Part shown: positions 16,790 through 25,062 of the stretch, in pieces
Numbering within the stretch: position 1 is the first letter of the stretch
Layout: each line of letters starts with the position of its first letter
Source of the DNA: Paracoccaceae bacterium
Lineage (GTDB): Bacteria; Pseudomonadota; Alphaproteobacteria; Rhodobacterales; Rhodobacteraceae
NCBI GenBank assembly: GCA_043736475.1
Contig: JAYTCN010000464.1
Coordinates: 1 to 43,341, forward strand
DNA: 43,341 bases
Direction: 5' to 3'
Program-made: the position numbers and the translations under genes
The notes under the pieces: model-generated
The model's database searches: none
Seen by the model: the letters and a program-made list of their open reading frames with translations, nothing else
Told to the model about the DNA's origin: nothing

Positions 16790-17734
16790 CTAAAACCGGT
16801 AGCCGAAATTGACTTCGACCCCGTCAAGATCGGTGTTGCTGAACGTATAGGTCAGGCCCAGCCGCATCGAATCCCAGGTGATGCCGTTGTCGGAGTTCTG
16901 GGTGCCGAGCGACACGGCGACGTCGGTCGAGTTCTGGGTATAGACCGCGCCGCCGGTGTAATGGGTGTTGACGACCGAACCTTCCCAGCTGACCGGCAGG
17001 TCGAAAATCACCAAGCTGGTCGGGCCGGACAGGCCGATGCCGTTGCGGAAAATGACGTTGGATATGTCGTATTCGCCGGCGGTAGCGCCGAAAGAGCGGA
17101 TCGTGCTGATCTGGTTGCCGATGGAAACATCCAGATTGCCGATTTGTGTGGCGTAATTCGAGACCACCGACGCACCCGCCAGCCAGGCATTGATCGCCTC
17201 GCCGGTGTCGGATGAGACCCCGACGCGAACCGTCGGCGTCACGATCCAGTTGTCGAGCACGGCGAGCCGGACCCCGGCCCCGAGCGACGCCGAATATATC
17301 CGCGCCGTGCCGGAGCCATAGGTGGTGATATCGGTGTAGGCGAGCGGAAAATCAAAGACCAGGGCATAGCGCGGGTCGGCCAGCGGCCTGGAGTACGAGA
17401 ACGGCAGTTCGGTTTGCCTGACCGAGTATTCCGCCGATGAAACATAAGTATAGCCGAGACCGATGCCGATCAGTGGCGGCAGTTGTGCGCCGCCGGCACC
17501 GGCGGAGACGAAGTCGGGCGACGCGCCGACAAACGAGCCGAGCCGGAAATCGCCCTCGACCATCCGGTGTTGCAGGCTGAGCGGGTTGCCGGCCACCGGG
17601 CTGGTTGGAAAGAGGTAGACACAGGCGGCCTCGGAAAAGTCGTTTTGACCGCAATAATCCTGCGCCGGGGCCGGACTGGCCAGAAACAGCGTCGCGGCGA
17701 TACCGAATTTAGACAGGGCTGACCGAAAACCCAT
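16790..17734 (-). CDS. Predicted outer-membrane beta-barrel protein
   Basis: The likely start is MGFRSALSKFGIAATLFLASPAPAQD (signal peptide) at 17734, preceded by the SD GGAGAGG. Amphipathic strands alternate throughout (RLGLTYTF, VEVNFGYRF), and the C-terminal residue is Phe, as in Bam-dependent OMPs. The ORF track extends to 17815. Confidence 0.7.
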   Translation of the reverse strand: MGFRSALSKFGIAATLFLASPAPAQDYCGQNDFSEAACVYLFPTSPVAGNPLSLQHRMVEGDFRLGSFVGASPDFVSAGAGGAQLPPLIGIGLGYTYVSSAEYSVRQTELPFSYSRPLADPRYALVFDFPLAYTDITTYGSGTARIYSASLGAGVRLAVLDNWIVTPTVRVGVSSDTGEAINAWLAGASVVSNYATQIGNLDVSIGNQISTIRSFGATAGEYDISNVIFRNGIGLSGPTSLVIFDLPVSWEGSVVNTHYTGGAVYTQNSTDVAVSLGTQNSDNGITWDSMRLGLTYTFSNTDLDGVEVNFGYRF

Positions 17735-18002
17735 GTGACCTCTCCGTTGCTTGCCTGATGACGGATGAGCGGGAGCGGTCGGCCCCCGGTAACTTTGCCG
17801 CGAGACTGCTCGCAACGCGCGACAAAAACAAGCCCCTGTTTTGGCAATCCCTTATTTGGAATCAAGACGTTGCAAGCGGCGTTGAATGCGCGGTTTGCCA
17901 AGGGAAATTGCGCCGCGACCCGAATCCGGTGCAAACTGGCGGCAAGTGTGCTAGGCCCAAGATCTGCAAGCGCAGCAATCACATTCCGGGAACAGCCCGT
18001 CC

Positions 18003-19544
18003 GTGCGGCATTTGATTTTCGTCCTGTTGTTCTTGGCGTCACCGCTGGCCGCCGCAGCCGAGGGCCGTGTGGCGCTTCTGATCGGCAATGCAAGCTATGA
18101 GTTGCCCGGGCTGGTGCTGAAAAATCCTGGCAATGATGCGGTGGCGATGGCCGACACTTTGCGCGGCATCGGCTTTCAGGTCACTGAAGTCCTCGATGCG
18201 ACCGGCGCCGCGATGGAACAGGCGCTGGCGGAGTTTGCCGCCGCCGCCCAGGGTGCCGAAGTGGCGCTGTTCTATTACGGCGGCCACGGGGTCGAGATCG
18301 GTGGCGAGAACTACCTGATCGGCACAGATTTTGCCGATCTTTCGCAGGGTTTGGCGCTATCGGCGCTGCCGGTTGCCAGGATCCGCGAAGCGATGAGCGC
18401 GGCCGACCCCGGCATTGGGCTGATCATCCTCGATGCCTGCCGCGACAATCCGTTTGCCCAGGCCGGACTTGCCGCGCCGGGCCTGGCCCGCGCGCAAGGC
18501 GCGCTTGGGTTGCTGATTGCCTTTGCCGCCGAGCCCGGAAAGATCGCGTTCGACGGCAGTGGCGACAACTCGGTTTTCACCGAGGCGCTGCTCGACAATA
18601 TCACCGCCGACGGCGTCGAGGTGCGGATCATGCTTGGCCGGGTGCGCCAACAGGTGGCGATGGCCACCTCGGGCAATCAGGCGCCGCTGGTTGAAGACGG
18701 CACCATCGGCGAAAACTATCTGGGATCGCCTGAAGCCGGCGCGCTGGCTGCCGATGCCTTTGCCGAGGAAATGGCGCTCTGGCGGGTTGCCAGCACGTCG
18801 CCAGACGCAGGCAGGGTGCGGGAATATCTGGTAAAATATCCCGACGGCCTGTTCGTGGCCTTTGCCCGTGACCGGGCGGCCGAGCTGGACCGGCTGGCCA
18901 ACAAGTCGCTCGCCAACAGCACGTTTGCTGATCTGGTCAAATCCGACCCGCAGCGGATCGGTGCGGCACTGCTGGCGCTGGGTTTCTTGCCTGCCGGGGC
19001 GCATTCCGCAAGCGAACTGGCCGCCGGTTTTGCCGCCTATAGCGCCGGTCAGCCGGTTCCGGCCAATGCCAACGTGGCCCAATTATATGCCGATGCAACC
19101 AGCCGGATGGCCTTCCTGGCCGCGGCCACGGCGCAGAAGATCCGGACCGATCTGGTGGCGCTGTCGGCGGTGCAGCGGACGCTGGAGATCAGCGAGGTCG
19201 CGTTGTCCGAGATCCGGACCATTGCCGAGTCCAACCCCGATGCCGAGCCGGTTTTGCAGGCAGCCGAGGCCGATATGGCTGAAATCCGGGCGAGCCGCGA
19301 ACGGATCATGCGGCGCCTTGATGGTACGCGGACATATTACGATGATTTGCTGAAGGCAGCTTACCGGAATTTTGCCTCCGAAACCCGGCAGGTTGGCGAA
19401 AGACAGCAAACCAATGCCAGCGCATCGCCTGTGGAAAAAACTCTGGCCGCCGATATTTCACGATTTGCCCGGCAGGTTGCGGAGCTGACCCCCGATACCG
19501 AGGGGGCCATGGCCTGGCTGGCAGATTTCGTGCCGAAGAGTTAG
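18003..19544 (+). CDS. Exported caspase-family (peptidase C14) protein, second copy
   Basis: The signal peptide is MRHLIFVLLFLASPLAAAAEG (GTG start). The dyad contexts are VALFYYGGHGVEIGGENYLIGTDF and GLIILDACRDNPF. About 270 aa at the C-terminus are A/L-rich and helical, with no domain I can name. Confidence 0.85.
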   Translation: MRHLIFVLLFLASPLAAAAEGRVALLIGNASYELPGLVLKNPGNDAVAMADTLRGIGFQVTEVLDATGAAMEQALAEFAAAAQGAEVALFYYGGHGVEIGGENYLIGTDFADLSQGLALSALPVARIREAMSAADPGIGLIILDACRDNPFAQAGLAAPGLARAQGALGLLIAFAAEPGKIAFDGSGDNSVFTEALLDNITADGVEVRIMLGRVRQQVAMATSGNQAPLVEDGTIGENYLGSPEAGALAADAFAEEMALWRVASTSPDAGRVREYLVKYPDGLFVAFARDRAAELDRLANKSLANSTFADLVKSDPQRIGAALLALGFLPAGAHSASELAAGFAAYSAGQPVPANANVAQLYADATSRMAFLAAATAQKIRTDLVALSAVQRTLEISEVALSEIRTIAESNPDAEPVLQAAEADMAEIRASRERIMRRLDGTRTYYDDLLKAAYRNFASETRQVGERQQTNASASPVEKTLAADISRFARQVAELTPDTEGAMAWLADFVPKS

Positions 19545-19579
19545 ATCCAGTACCCCGCAACCAAACGAAAGGTTCCACC

Positions 19580-19999
19580 ATGAAATCGCTGCTCTTGCTG
19601 ACCGCCACCTTTGGAATTACCGCCTGCACGACCTCCGGCGATCCCGCGGCAGGCGGTTTTGTCTCTGGCGTTTCCGGGGTCGCAAGCGGCTCCTACCAAC
19701 AGCGGATCGAGGCAAAAGAGGCGAGCGTGGCCGAAGGTCAGGCCCGCACGGCCGAATTGCAGGCCGAACTGGCGGCCGCAAGCCAGCAATGGTCGGACTG
19801 GAAACTGAAGCTGGTGCAAACAAGGTCCCGCCTGGCGAATGCAGGGGTCGTCATCCCGGCCAGCACCCAGGCAAAGGTGAATGCATCGCTGGCGTCAACG
19901 CCATCGGGCAACACGGACGAGGCACGACTGGCGGCCCTGCAGGCGGCGATTGCCAATGCGCGGGCGCTGGCGGCGGAACTGGAGGGGTTGTCGGCGTAA
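19580..19999 (+). CDS. Lipoprotein with Gly-rich segment and coiled-coil region
   Basis: The sequence is MKSLLLLTATFGITAC (lipobox), then GDPAAGGFVSGVSGVASGSY, then a coiled-coil-like stretch EAKEASVAEGQARTAELQAELAAASQQ. It lies 35 nt downstream of caspase gene 2. Confidence 0.7.
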   Translation: MKSLLLLTATFGITACTTSGDPAAGGFVSGVSGVASGSYQQRIEAKEASVAEGQARTAELQAELAAASQQWSDWKLKLVQTRSRLANAGVVIPASTQAKVNASLASTPSGNTDEARLAALQAAIANARALAAELEGLSA

Positions 20000-20266
20000 C
20001 GCGGCTCCGATTTGCAGGGTGCCAGACCTTGGCACCGGTCGCAATTGATCCTTGCGGGCGTGCGCCGCGGCGGTCCATCTCCCGGATTGTGGATCACTTC
20101 GCTGCGCTGGTGATGACGACTTGGCCGGCGCCCCCGCCGTTGCCCGCTGCTTTCCCGATCCCGCACCGCACAAATAGTTAACGGCGGCAAAAAACCGCCA
20201 TAACTCCCGCGAAAACCGGCCCCGAAACCGCAAAACCCGCCGCTTTTTGCCCCCGTGGATAAGAAG

Positions 20267-22993
20267 TCATTCAAACGTATAGGTAAAGCCTTTCTCGTCC
20301 GCCCCGACGGTGACTTTTGCCAGCGGTTTACCCTCCAGCGTGCGGTTCAGCACCCCGCGGCTGAGTTCGGGCAAGAGCGTGTTGGTCAGGATGGCGTCGA
20401 TCATCCGCCCGCCCGATTCGATTTCGGTGCAGCGGGCCTTGATCAGGTCCATCACCCCGTCGCCGACCACCAGTTCGGCGTCCTGGCCCGAGCGCAGGCG
20501 GTTGCCGATCTTGCGCAGCTGGTGCCCGGCGATCATCTCGATCATTGAATCGGACAAAGGGTAATACGGGATGGTGATCAGGCGGCCGAGCAAAGCTGCC
20601 GGGAAGACTTTCAGCAAGGGTGCGCGCAGGGCTTTGTTCAGCGCCTCCTGATCGACCGCTGAACGGCCGTTCCCGGTCATGTGCATGATCTCGGCCGAGC
20701 CGACATTCGAGGTCAGGATGATCAGGGTGTTCTTGAAATCGATCCGCCGTCCTTCGCTGTCATCCATCATGCCTTTGTCGAAGACCTGGAAGAAAATCTC
20801 GTGCACGTCGGGATGGGCCTTTTCGACCTCGTCGAGCAGGATCACCGAATAGGGTCGCCGACGCACCGCCTCGGTCAGGATGCCGCCCTTGCCATAGCCG
20901 ACGTAGCCCGGCGGCGCGCCTTTCAGGGTGGAAACGGTATGCGCCTCCTGAAACTCGCTCATGTTGATCGAGATCAGGTTCTGCTCGCCGCCATAGAGGG
21001 TTTCGGCCAGCGCCAGCGCGGTTTCGGTCTTGCCGACCCCCGACGGGCCGCAGAGCATGAACACCCCGACCGGTTTTTCCGGTGCGCCCAATCCGGCCCG
21101 GGTGGTCTGCACCCGGCGGGCGATCTGTTCCATCGCGTGATCCTGGCCGACCACCCGTTCCGACAGGATCTGGGCCAACTGCAGGGCTTTTTCGGTCTGG
21201 CTGGTCAGCATGCGACCCATCGGGATGCCGGTCCAGTCCTGCGCCACCGAGGCGACGGCGTTTTGATCGACCGAGGGCAGGATCAGCGGGGTTTCGCCCT
21301 GGGCCACGGCCAGTTCGGCCATCAATGCTTTCAGCCGGGCCAGATTGGCGTCGCGGTCGGGCGCGGGTTCGGCGGGCGCTTCGGCCGGTTCCTTGGCATC
21401 GGCTTCAGCAAGGCCAGCTTCGCCGTCGTTTGCTTCTGTATCCGCTGTCGCATCCAGCGCGACGCCCTCGCCGCGCAGGGTCGCCCGCAGCTCGAGAATG
21501 TCTTTCACCAGCGCCTTTTCGGCGTCCCAGCGAATTTGCGCCGCCGCCAAAGCCTCGCGAACCGTTACCAGCCCGGCTTCGACTTTCGCCCGGCGTTCGG
21601 CGGCGTCGATGCCGATCGCTTCCTCGCGCCCGATGATGCCTTCCTCGACCAGCAGCGCCGATTCGCGCCGCCGCAAATCCTCCACTTCCGCCGGGGTCGC
21701 GTGCTGGCTGATCGCCACCCGGGCGCAGGCGGTGTCGAGCAGGCTGATCGCCTTGTCGGGCAATTGGCGGGCCGGGATGTAGCGGTGCGACAGGTGGACG
21801 GCGGCTTCCAGCGCCTCGTCGAGAATCTGGACCTGATGGTGTTTTTCCAGCACGCCAGCGACGCCGCGCAGCATCAGCACCGCCGATTCCTCGGAGGGTT
21901 CCTCGATCTTGACCACCTGGAAGCGCCGGGTCAGGGCCGGGTCTTTCTCGATATGTTCCTTGTATTCGGCCCAGGTCGTGGCCGCGACCGTGCGCAACTC
22001 GCCGCGCGCCAGCGCCGGTTTCAGCAGGTTCGCCGCATCGCCGGTACCTGCCGCACCGCCGGCGCCGATCAGGGTATGGGCTTCGTCGATGAACAGGATC
22101 ACCGGGGTTTCGGAAGACTGCACCTCGTCGATCACCGATTTCAGCCGTTTTTCGAATTCACCTTTCACCGATGCCCCGGCCTGCATCAGGCCGATGTCGA
22201 GCATGTGCAAGGCGACATTCTGCAGCCCTGGCGGCACGTCGCCCTGGGCGATGCGCAGGGCAAAGCCTTCGACGACCGCGGTCTTGCCGACCCCGGCCTC
22301 GCCGGTCAGGATCGGGTTGTTCTGGCGGCGGCGCATCAGCACGTCGATGATCTGGCGAATTTCGGGGTCGCGGCCGACCACCGGGTCGATCTTGCCCGCT
22401 TTCGCCCGCTCGGTCAGGTTGGTGGCATATTGCGCCAGCGCCGATTTGCCGCCGGGAGCCGGGCGCGGGGTTTTTTCGGAAGTGGCCGAACCGCCGCCCT
22501 CGAGCGACTGGACCAAGAGGTCGTCCAGCTGTTCGGCCATTGCGTCGGGGTCGATTTTCGCGAATTCGAGGCTGATTTTCAGCAGCAATGCCTCGAGAAC
22601 CGGTTTCTTCATCGCGCCGAGCAGGACATAGGCCGAGCGGACTTCCTGCTGGGAAAACTTCAGCGCGGCAAAACTCCAGGCGGTCTCGACCGCATCGAAA
22701 ATATGCTCGGAAAAATCCGACAGCGACGTGGAGCCATGCGGGAGCCTGTCGGTCATCCGTGCCATGTCGGAAGCAAGCCGGGCGGAATCGATGCCGGCGG
22801 CTTGCAGCAGGATGGCGAAATCGGAGCGCTCCGACAGCGCCAGCTGCTCGATCAGATGGACCAGCTCGACATAGGGATTGCCGCGCATCTTGGCGGTGTC
22901 GGCGGCGGCCTTGAAGGCACGCAGGCAGGTCGGATTCAGTTTTCCGACCAATTCCTTGCGTTTGAAACTTTCCTGCGATCCGCGTTCTTGCAT
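20267..22993 (-). CDS. clpV: T6SS AAA+ ATPase ClpV (TssH)
   Basis: The protein is 908 aa. It has two Walker A boxes (GEAGVGKTAVVEG and CGPSGVGKTETA), a Clp N-domain and a ClpB-type D2-small domain. The SD GGAGG lies upstream of the ATG at 22993. Confidence 0.95.
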   Translation of the reverse strand: MQERGSQESFKRKELVGKLNPTCLRAFKAAADTAKMRGNPYVELVHLIEQLALSERSDFAILLQAAGIDSARLASDMARMTDRLPHGSTSLSDFSEHIFDAVETAWSFAALKFSQQEVRSAYVLLGAMKKPVLEALLLKISLEFAKIDPDAMAEQLDDLLVQSLEGGGSATSEKTPRPAPGGKSALAQYATNLTERAKAGKIDPVVGRDPEIRQIIDVLMRRRQNNPILTGEAGVGKTAVVEGFALRIAQGDVPPGLQNVALHMLDIGLMQAGASVKGEFEKRLKSVIDEVQSSETPVILFIDEAHTLIGAGGAAGTGDAANLLKPALARGELRTVAATTWAEYKEHIEKDPALTRRFQVVKIEEPSEESAVLMLRGVAGVLEKHHQVQILDEALEAAVHLSHRYIPARQLPDKAISLLDTACARVAISQHATPAEVEDLRRRESALLVEEGIIGREEAIGIDAAERRAKVEAGLVTVREALAAAQIRWDAEKALVKDILELRATLRGEGVALDATADTEANDGEAGLAEADAKEPAEAPAEPAPDRDANLARLKALMAELAVAQGETPLILPSVDQNAVASVAQDWTGIPMGRMLTSQTEKALQLAQILSERVVGQDHAMEQIARRVQTTRAGLGAPEKPVGVFMLCGPSGVGKTETALALAETLYGGEQNLISINMSEFQEAHTVSTLKGAPPGYVGYGKGGILTEAVRRRPYSVILLDEVEKAHPDVHEIFFQVFDKGMMDDSEGRRIDFKNTLIILTSNVGSAEIMHMTGNGRSAVDQEALNKALRAPLLKVFPAALLGRLITIPYYPLSDSMIEMIAGHQLRKIGNRLRSGQDAELVVGDGVMDLIKARCTEIESGGRMIDAILTNTLLPELSRGVLNRTLEGKPLAKVTVGADEKGFTYTFE

Positions 22994-23052
22994 GGCCGTC
23001 GAGACCTCCAGGGGTTTGCGTATGATTCACGGTTGAAAAAATGGCGGCGTTG

Positions 23053-23068
23053 CCTGTAGCCTTACAGG
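23053..23068. promoter_or_regulatory. Perfect palindrome CCTGTA-gcct-TACAGG in the clpV / ppkA divergent intergenic region
   Basis: Read directly from the sequence. It lies 60 nt upstream of clpV and about 70 nt upstream of the ppkA ATG, so it is a candidate operator. Confidence 0.3.
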
Positions 23069-23138
23069 ACTTCTTCGTTCCGGGCAAAAGCCGAAACGCC
23101 AGCTTGCCGAGATTTTGTCACTGCCGGAGACAATACGA

Positions 23139-24986
23139 ATGATAGCCCCGCTTCCCGGTGACATTTTCAAGCCCGGCCAGGTGCTGAACAATACCTATGA
23201 AATCGAGGGCATCCTCGGTCGCGGTGGCACCGGCGAGGTTTACCGGGCCCGCAACCAGATTTCCGGCCGGATCGTGGCACTGAAGGCGCTGAACGCCGAA
23301 TTTTCCGGCAATGCCGATTATCTGGAACTGATGAAGCGCGAAGAGGAAATGCGCGACATCATCCACGATGCGGTGGTGCGCTATTCCGACAACAGCCGCA
23401 CCGCCGACGGCCATGTGTTTCTGGTGATGGATTTTGTCGACGGACCGTCGCTGAACGAATTGCTGCATCGCGGCAACGCCAGCCCGCGCGACCTGCTGAT
23501 CGTCTGCCACCGGGTGGCGGGCGGTCTGGTGGCCACGCATGCGCGCCAGATCGTCCACCGCGACCTTTCGCCCGACAACATCATCCTGCGCAAGGGCGAC
23601 CCGGCGCAGGCGGTCATTATCGATTTCGGCATCGCCAAGGATGAGTCGGTGGGTGCGCGCACCATTGTCGGCAACGATTTTGCCGGCAAATACGAATATG
23701 CCGCACCCGAACAGATGGACGGGCGCGCGGAGCCGCGCTCGGACTTGTATGCCCTGGGAGCCTCGCTCCTGGCCACCTATCGCGGCCAGGTGCCGAATGT
23801 CGGCAGCACGCCGGGCGAAGTGGTGCGGCGCAAGGGCAAGGCGCTGGATACTGCGGGTGTGCCCGAGCCGTTAAAGGAACTCATCGACTGGCTGACCCAG
23901 CCCGACGCGGCGCAGCGCCCGGCCAACGCGGCGGCCGTGGTGACGCATCTGGACGAAGTTCTGAAGCCAAAGGGGCGGCAAACAGTATTGACCAAGCCCG
24001 TCGCCCAAAAGTCGCGGCGCGGACGGCGCGGGCTGCTTTTCCTGGTTCCGGTGCTGGCGATCGTCATTGCGGCGGTGGTATTGCTGCCAGCTGAACTGTC
24101 GCGGTGGTTCCCCGACGCCACGGTCGAAACGCCGCCGGTTGTGCCGGAACAGCCGGTGGAACCGAGTCCGGAATCGCCACAGCCGCCACCCGACGACGCG
24201 GCGACGGACACGACGCCACCGCCCGCCGAAGTGTTACCCCCGCCGAAACCCGATCTGCAGGTGGCGGCGATTCTTGATCTTCTGGGCAAATTGAGGGCAT
24301 GTGGCCCGCTGGCGGTGGATTCTGGCGGCCTGACCGCGCTGGCTCCCGCCGCGGCGGTCATCGTGTCGGGCAAGGTCGCCAGCGAGGCCGAGCGCGACAA
24401 GGTGATCGCCGCGCTGGCCAACGTCGCCGACGGTCGCCAGGTCCGCTTTGCCGCAACGCTGCTGACCGCAGAAATCTGCCGCATCCTCGAACTTTTGCCC
24501 GAAACGGCCGGCGGCCAGGTGTCAACGGCATTGAGCCACGACGGCGGCCAGGGCAATTTTACCGGTGTCTATTCAATTGGCGACATGATCATCGCCGATA
24601 TCTTGCTGTCCGAAACCATGGCCGACCAGCACATCTGGGCGTTTCTGGTCGACAACAAGACCGCGCTGAACATCTTGCCCAATGTGAATTTTCCCGAAAC
24701 AAGGGCCGGAAATCTGGGAAATTCCGCAGCCGGGTTGCGCAAAGTCCGGCTGCTTTACACCAGCGCCGAACGCAAGGTGCCCGATCTGTGGGGATACGAG
24801 GTGACCGAAGCTGACATCGGCAAGAAACTGCTGGTCGTCATGCTCTCGCCGCAACCGCTGTTCCCCGGTGCCCGTCCGGCGACGGAATCGGTTGAATCGA
24901 TGGCCGAAGCTCTCGAGCAAGTACTTCTGCAGCCCGAATTCAAGCTGACCGCGATTTCCACCAGTCTGCTCGACCTGCGCGAATGA
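23139..24986 (+). CDS. ppkA: Transmembrane Hanks-type Ser/Thr protein kinase (T6SS PpkA-like)
   Basis: Kinase motifs are present: GRGGTGEVYRARN (Gly loop), VALK, HRDLSPDNIIL, DFGIAK and APEQ. A TM helix (LLFLVPVLAIVIAAVVLL) and a Pro-rich linker follow, then a periplasmic domain of about 240 aa. The ATG is at 23139; the ORF-track TTG is at 23115. Confidence 0.9.
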   Translation: MIAPLPGDIFKPGQVLNNTYEIEGILGRGGTGEVYRARNQISGRIVALKALNAEFSGNADYLELMKREEEMRDIIHDAVVRYSDNSRTADGHVFLVMDFVDGPSLNELLHRGNASPRDLLIVCHRVAGGLVATHARQIVHRDLSPDNIILRKGDPAQAVIIDFGIAKDESVGARTIVGNDFAGKYEYAAPEQMDGRAEPRSDLYALGASLLATYRGQVPNVGSTPGEVVRRKGKALDTAGVPEPLKELIDWLTQPDAAQRPANAAAVVTHLDEVLKPKGRQTVLTKPVAQKSRRGRRGLLFLVPVLAIVIAAVVLLPAELSRWFPDATVETPPVVPEQPVEPSPESPQPPPDDAATDTTPPPAEVLPPPKPDLQVAAILDLLGKLRACGPLAVDSGGLTALAPAAAVIVSGKVASEAERDKVIAALANVADGRQVRFAATLLTAEICRILELLPETAGGQVSTALSHDGGQGNFTGVYSIGDMIIADILLSETMADQHIWAFLVDNKTALNILPNVNFPETRAGNLGNSAAGLRKVRLLYTSAERKVPDLWGYEVTEADIGKKLLVVMLSPQPLFPGARPATESVESMAEALEQVLLQPEFKLTAISTSLLDLRE

Positions 24987-25062
24987 GCGCTGACCGACGC
25001 AGAACTTGCGCGATTCAGCCAAACGTGGCTAAGCTGAGGCCAGCCTTTCTTTCACAAAGCGG

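Noticed and set aside
20018-20036. A hairpin GGTGCC-N7-GGCACC just after the lipoprotein stop, plus GGCGG-caaaaaa-CCGCC at 20183-20199, in the convergent gap before clpV.
   Set aside because: The stems are short (5-6 bp) and no U-tract follows on either strand, so there is not enough evidence to call intrinsic terminators.
23041-23054. A possible sigma-54 promoter, TGGCGGCGTTGCC, in the clpV/ppkA intergenic region.
   Set aside because: The spacing between GG and GC is 7 nt rather than the required 10.
20681-23059. A 792-aa plus-strand ORF.
   Set aside because: It is exactly antisense to clpV. Its translation is R/G/P/A/Q-rich with no motifs, whereas the minus strand carries two Walker A boxes and full ClpV collinearity. 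It is a typical high-GC shadow ORF.
25026-25040. A sigma-54-like GG-N10-GC element (TGGCTAAGCTGAGGC) 22 nt upstream of the tssA start.
   Set aside because: Only the GG/GC dinucleotides and their spacing match. The -12 box lacks the TTGC context, the site is too close to the start codon, and no enhancer-binding protein gene is in the window.
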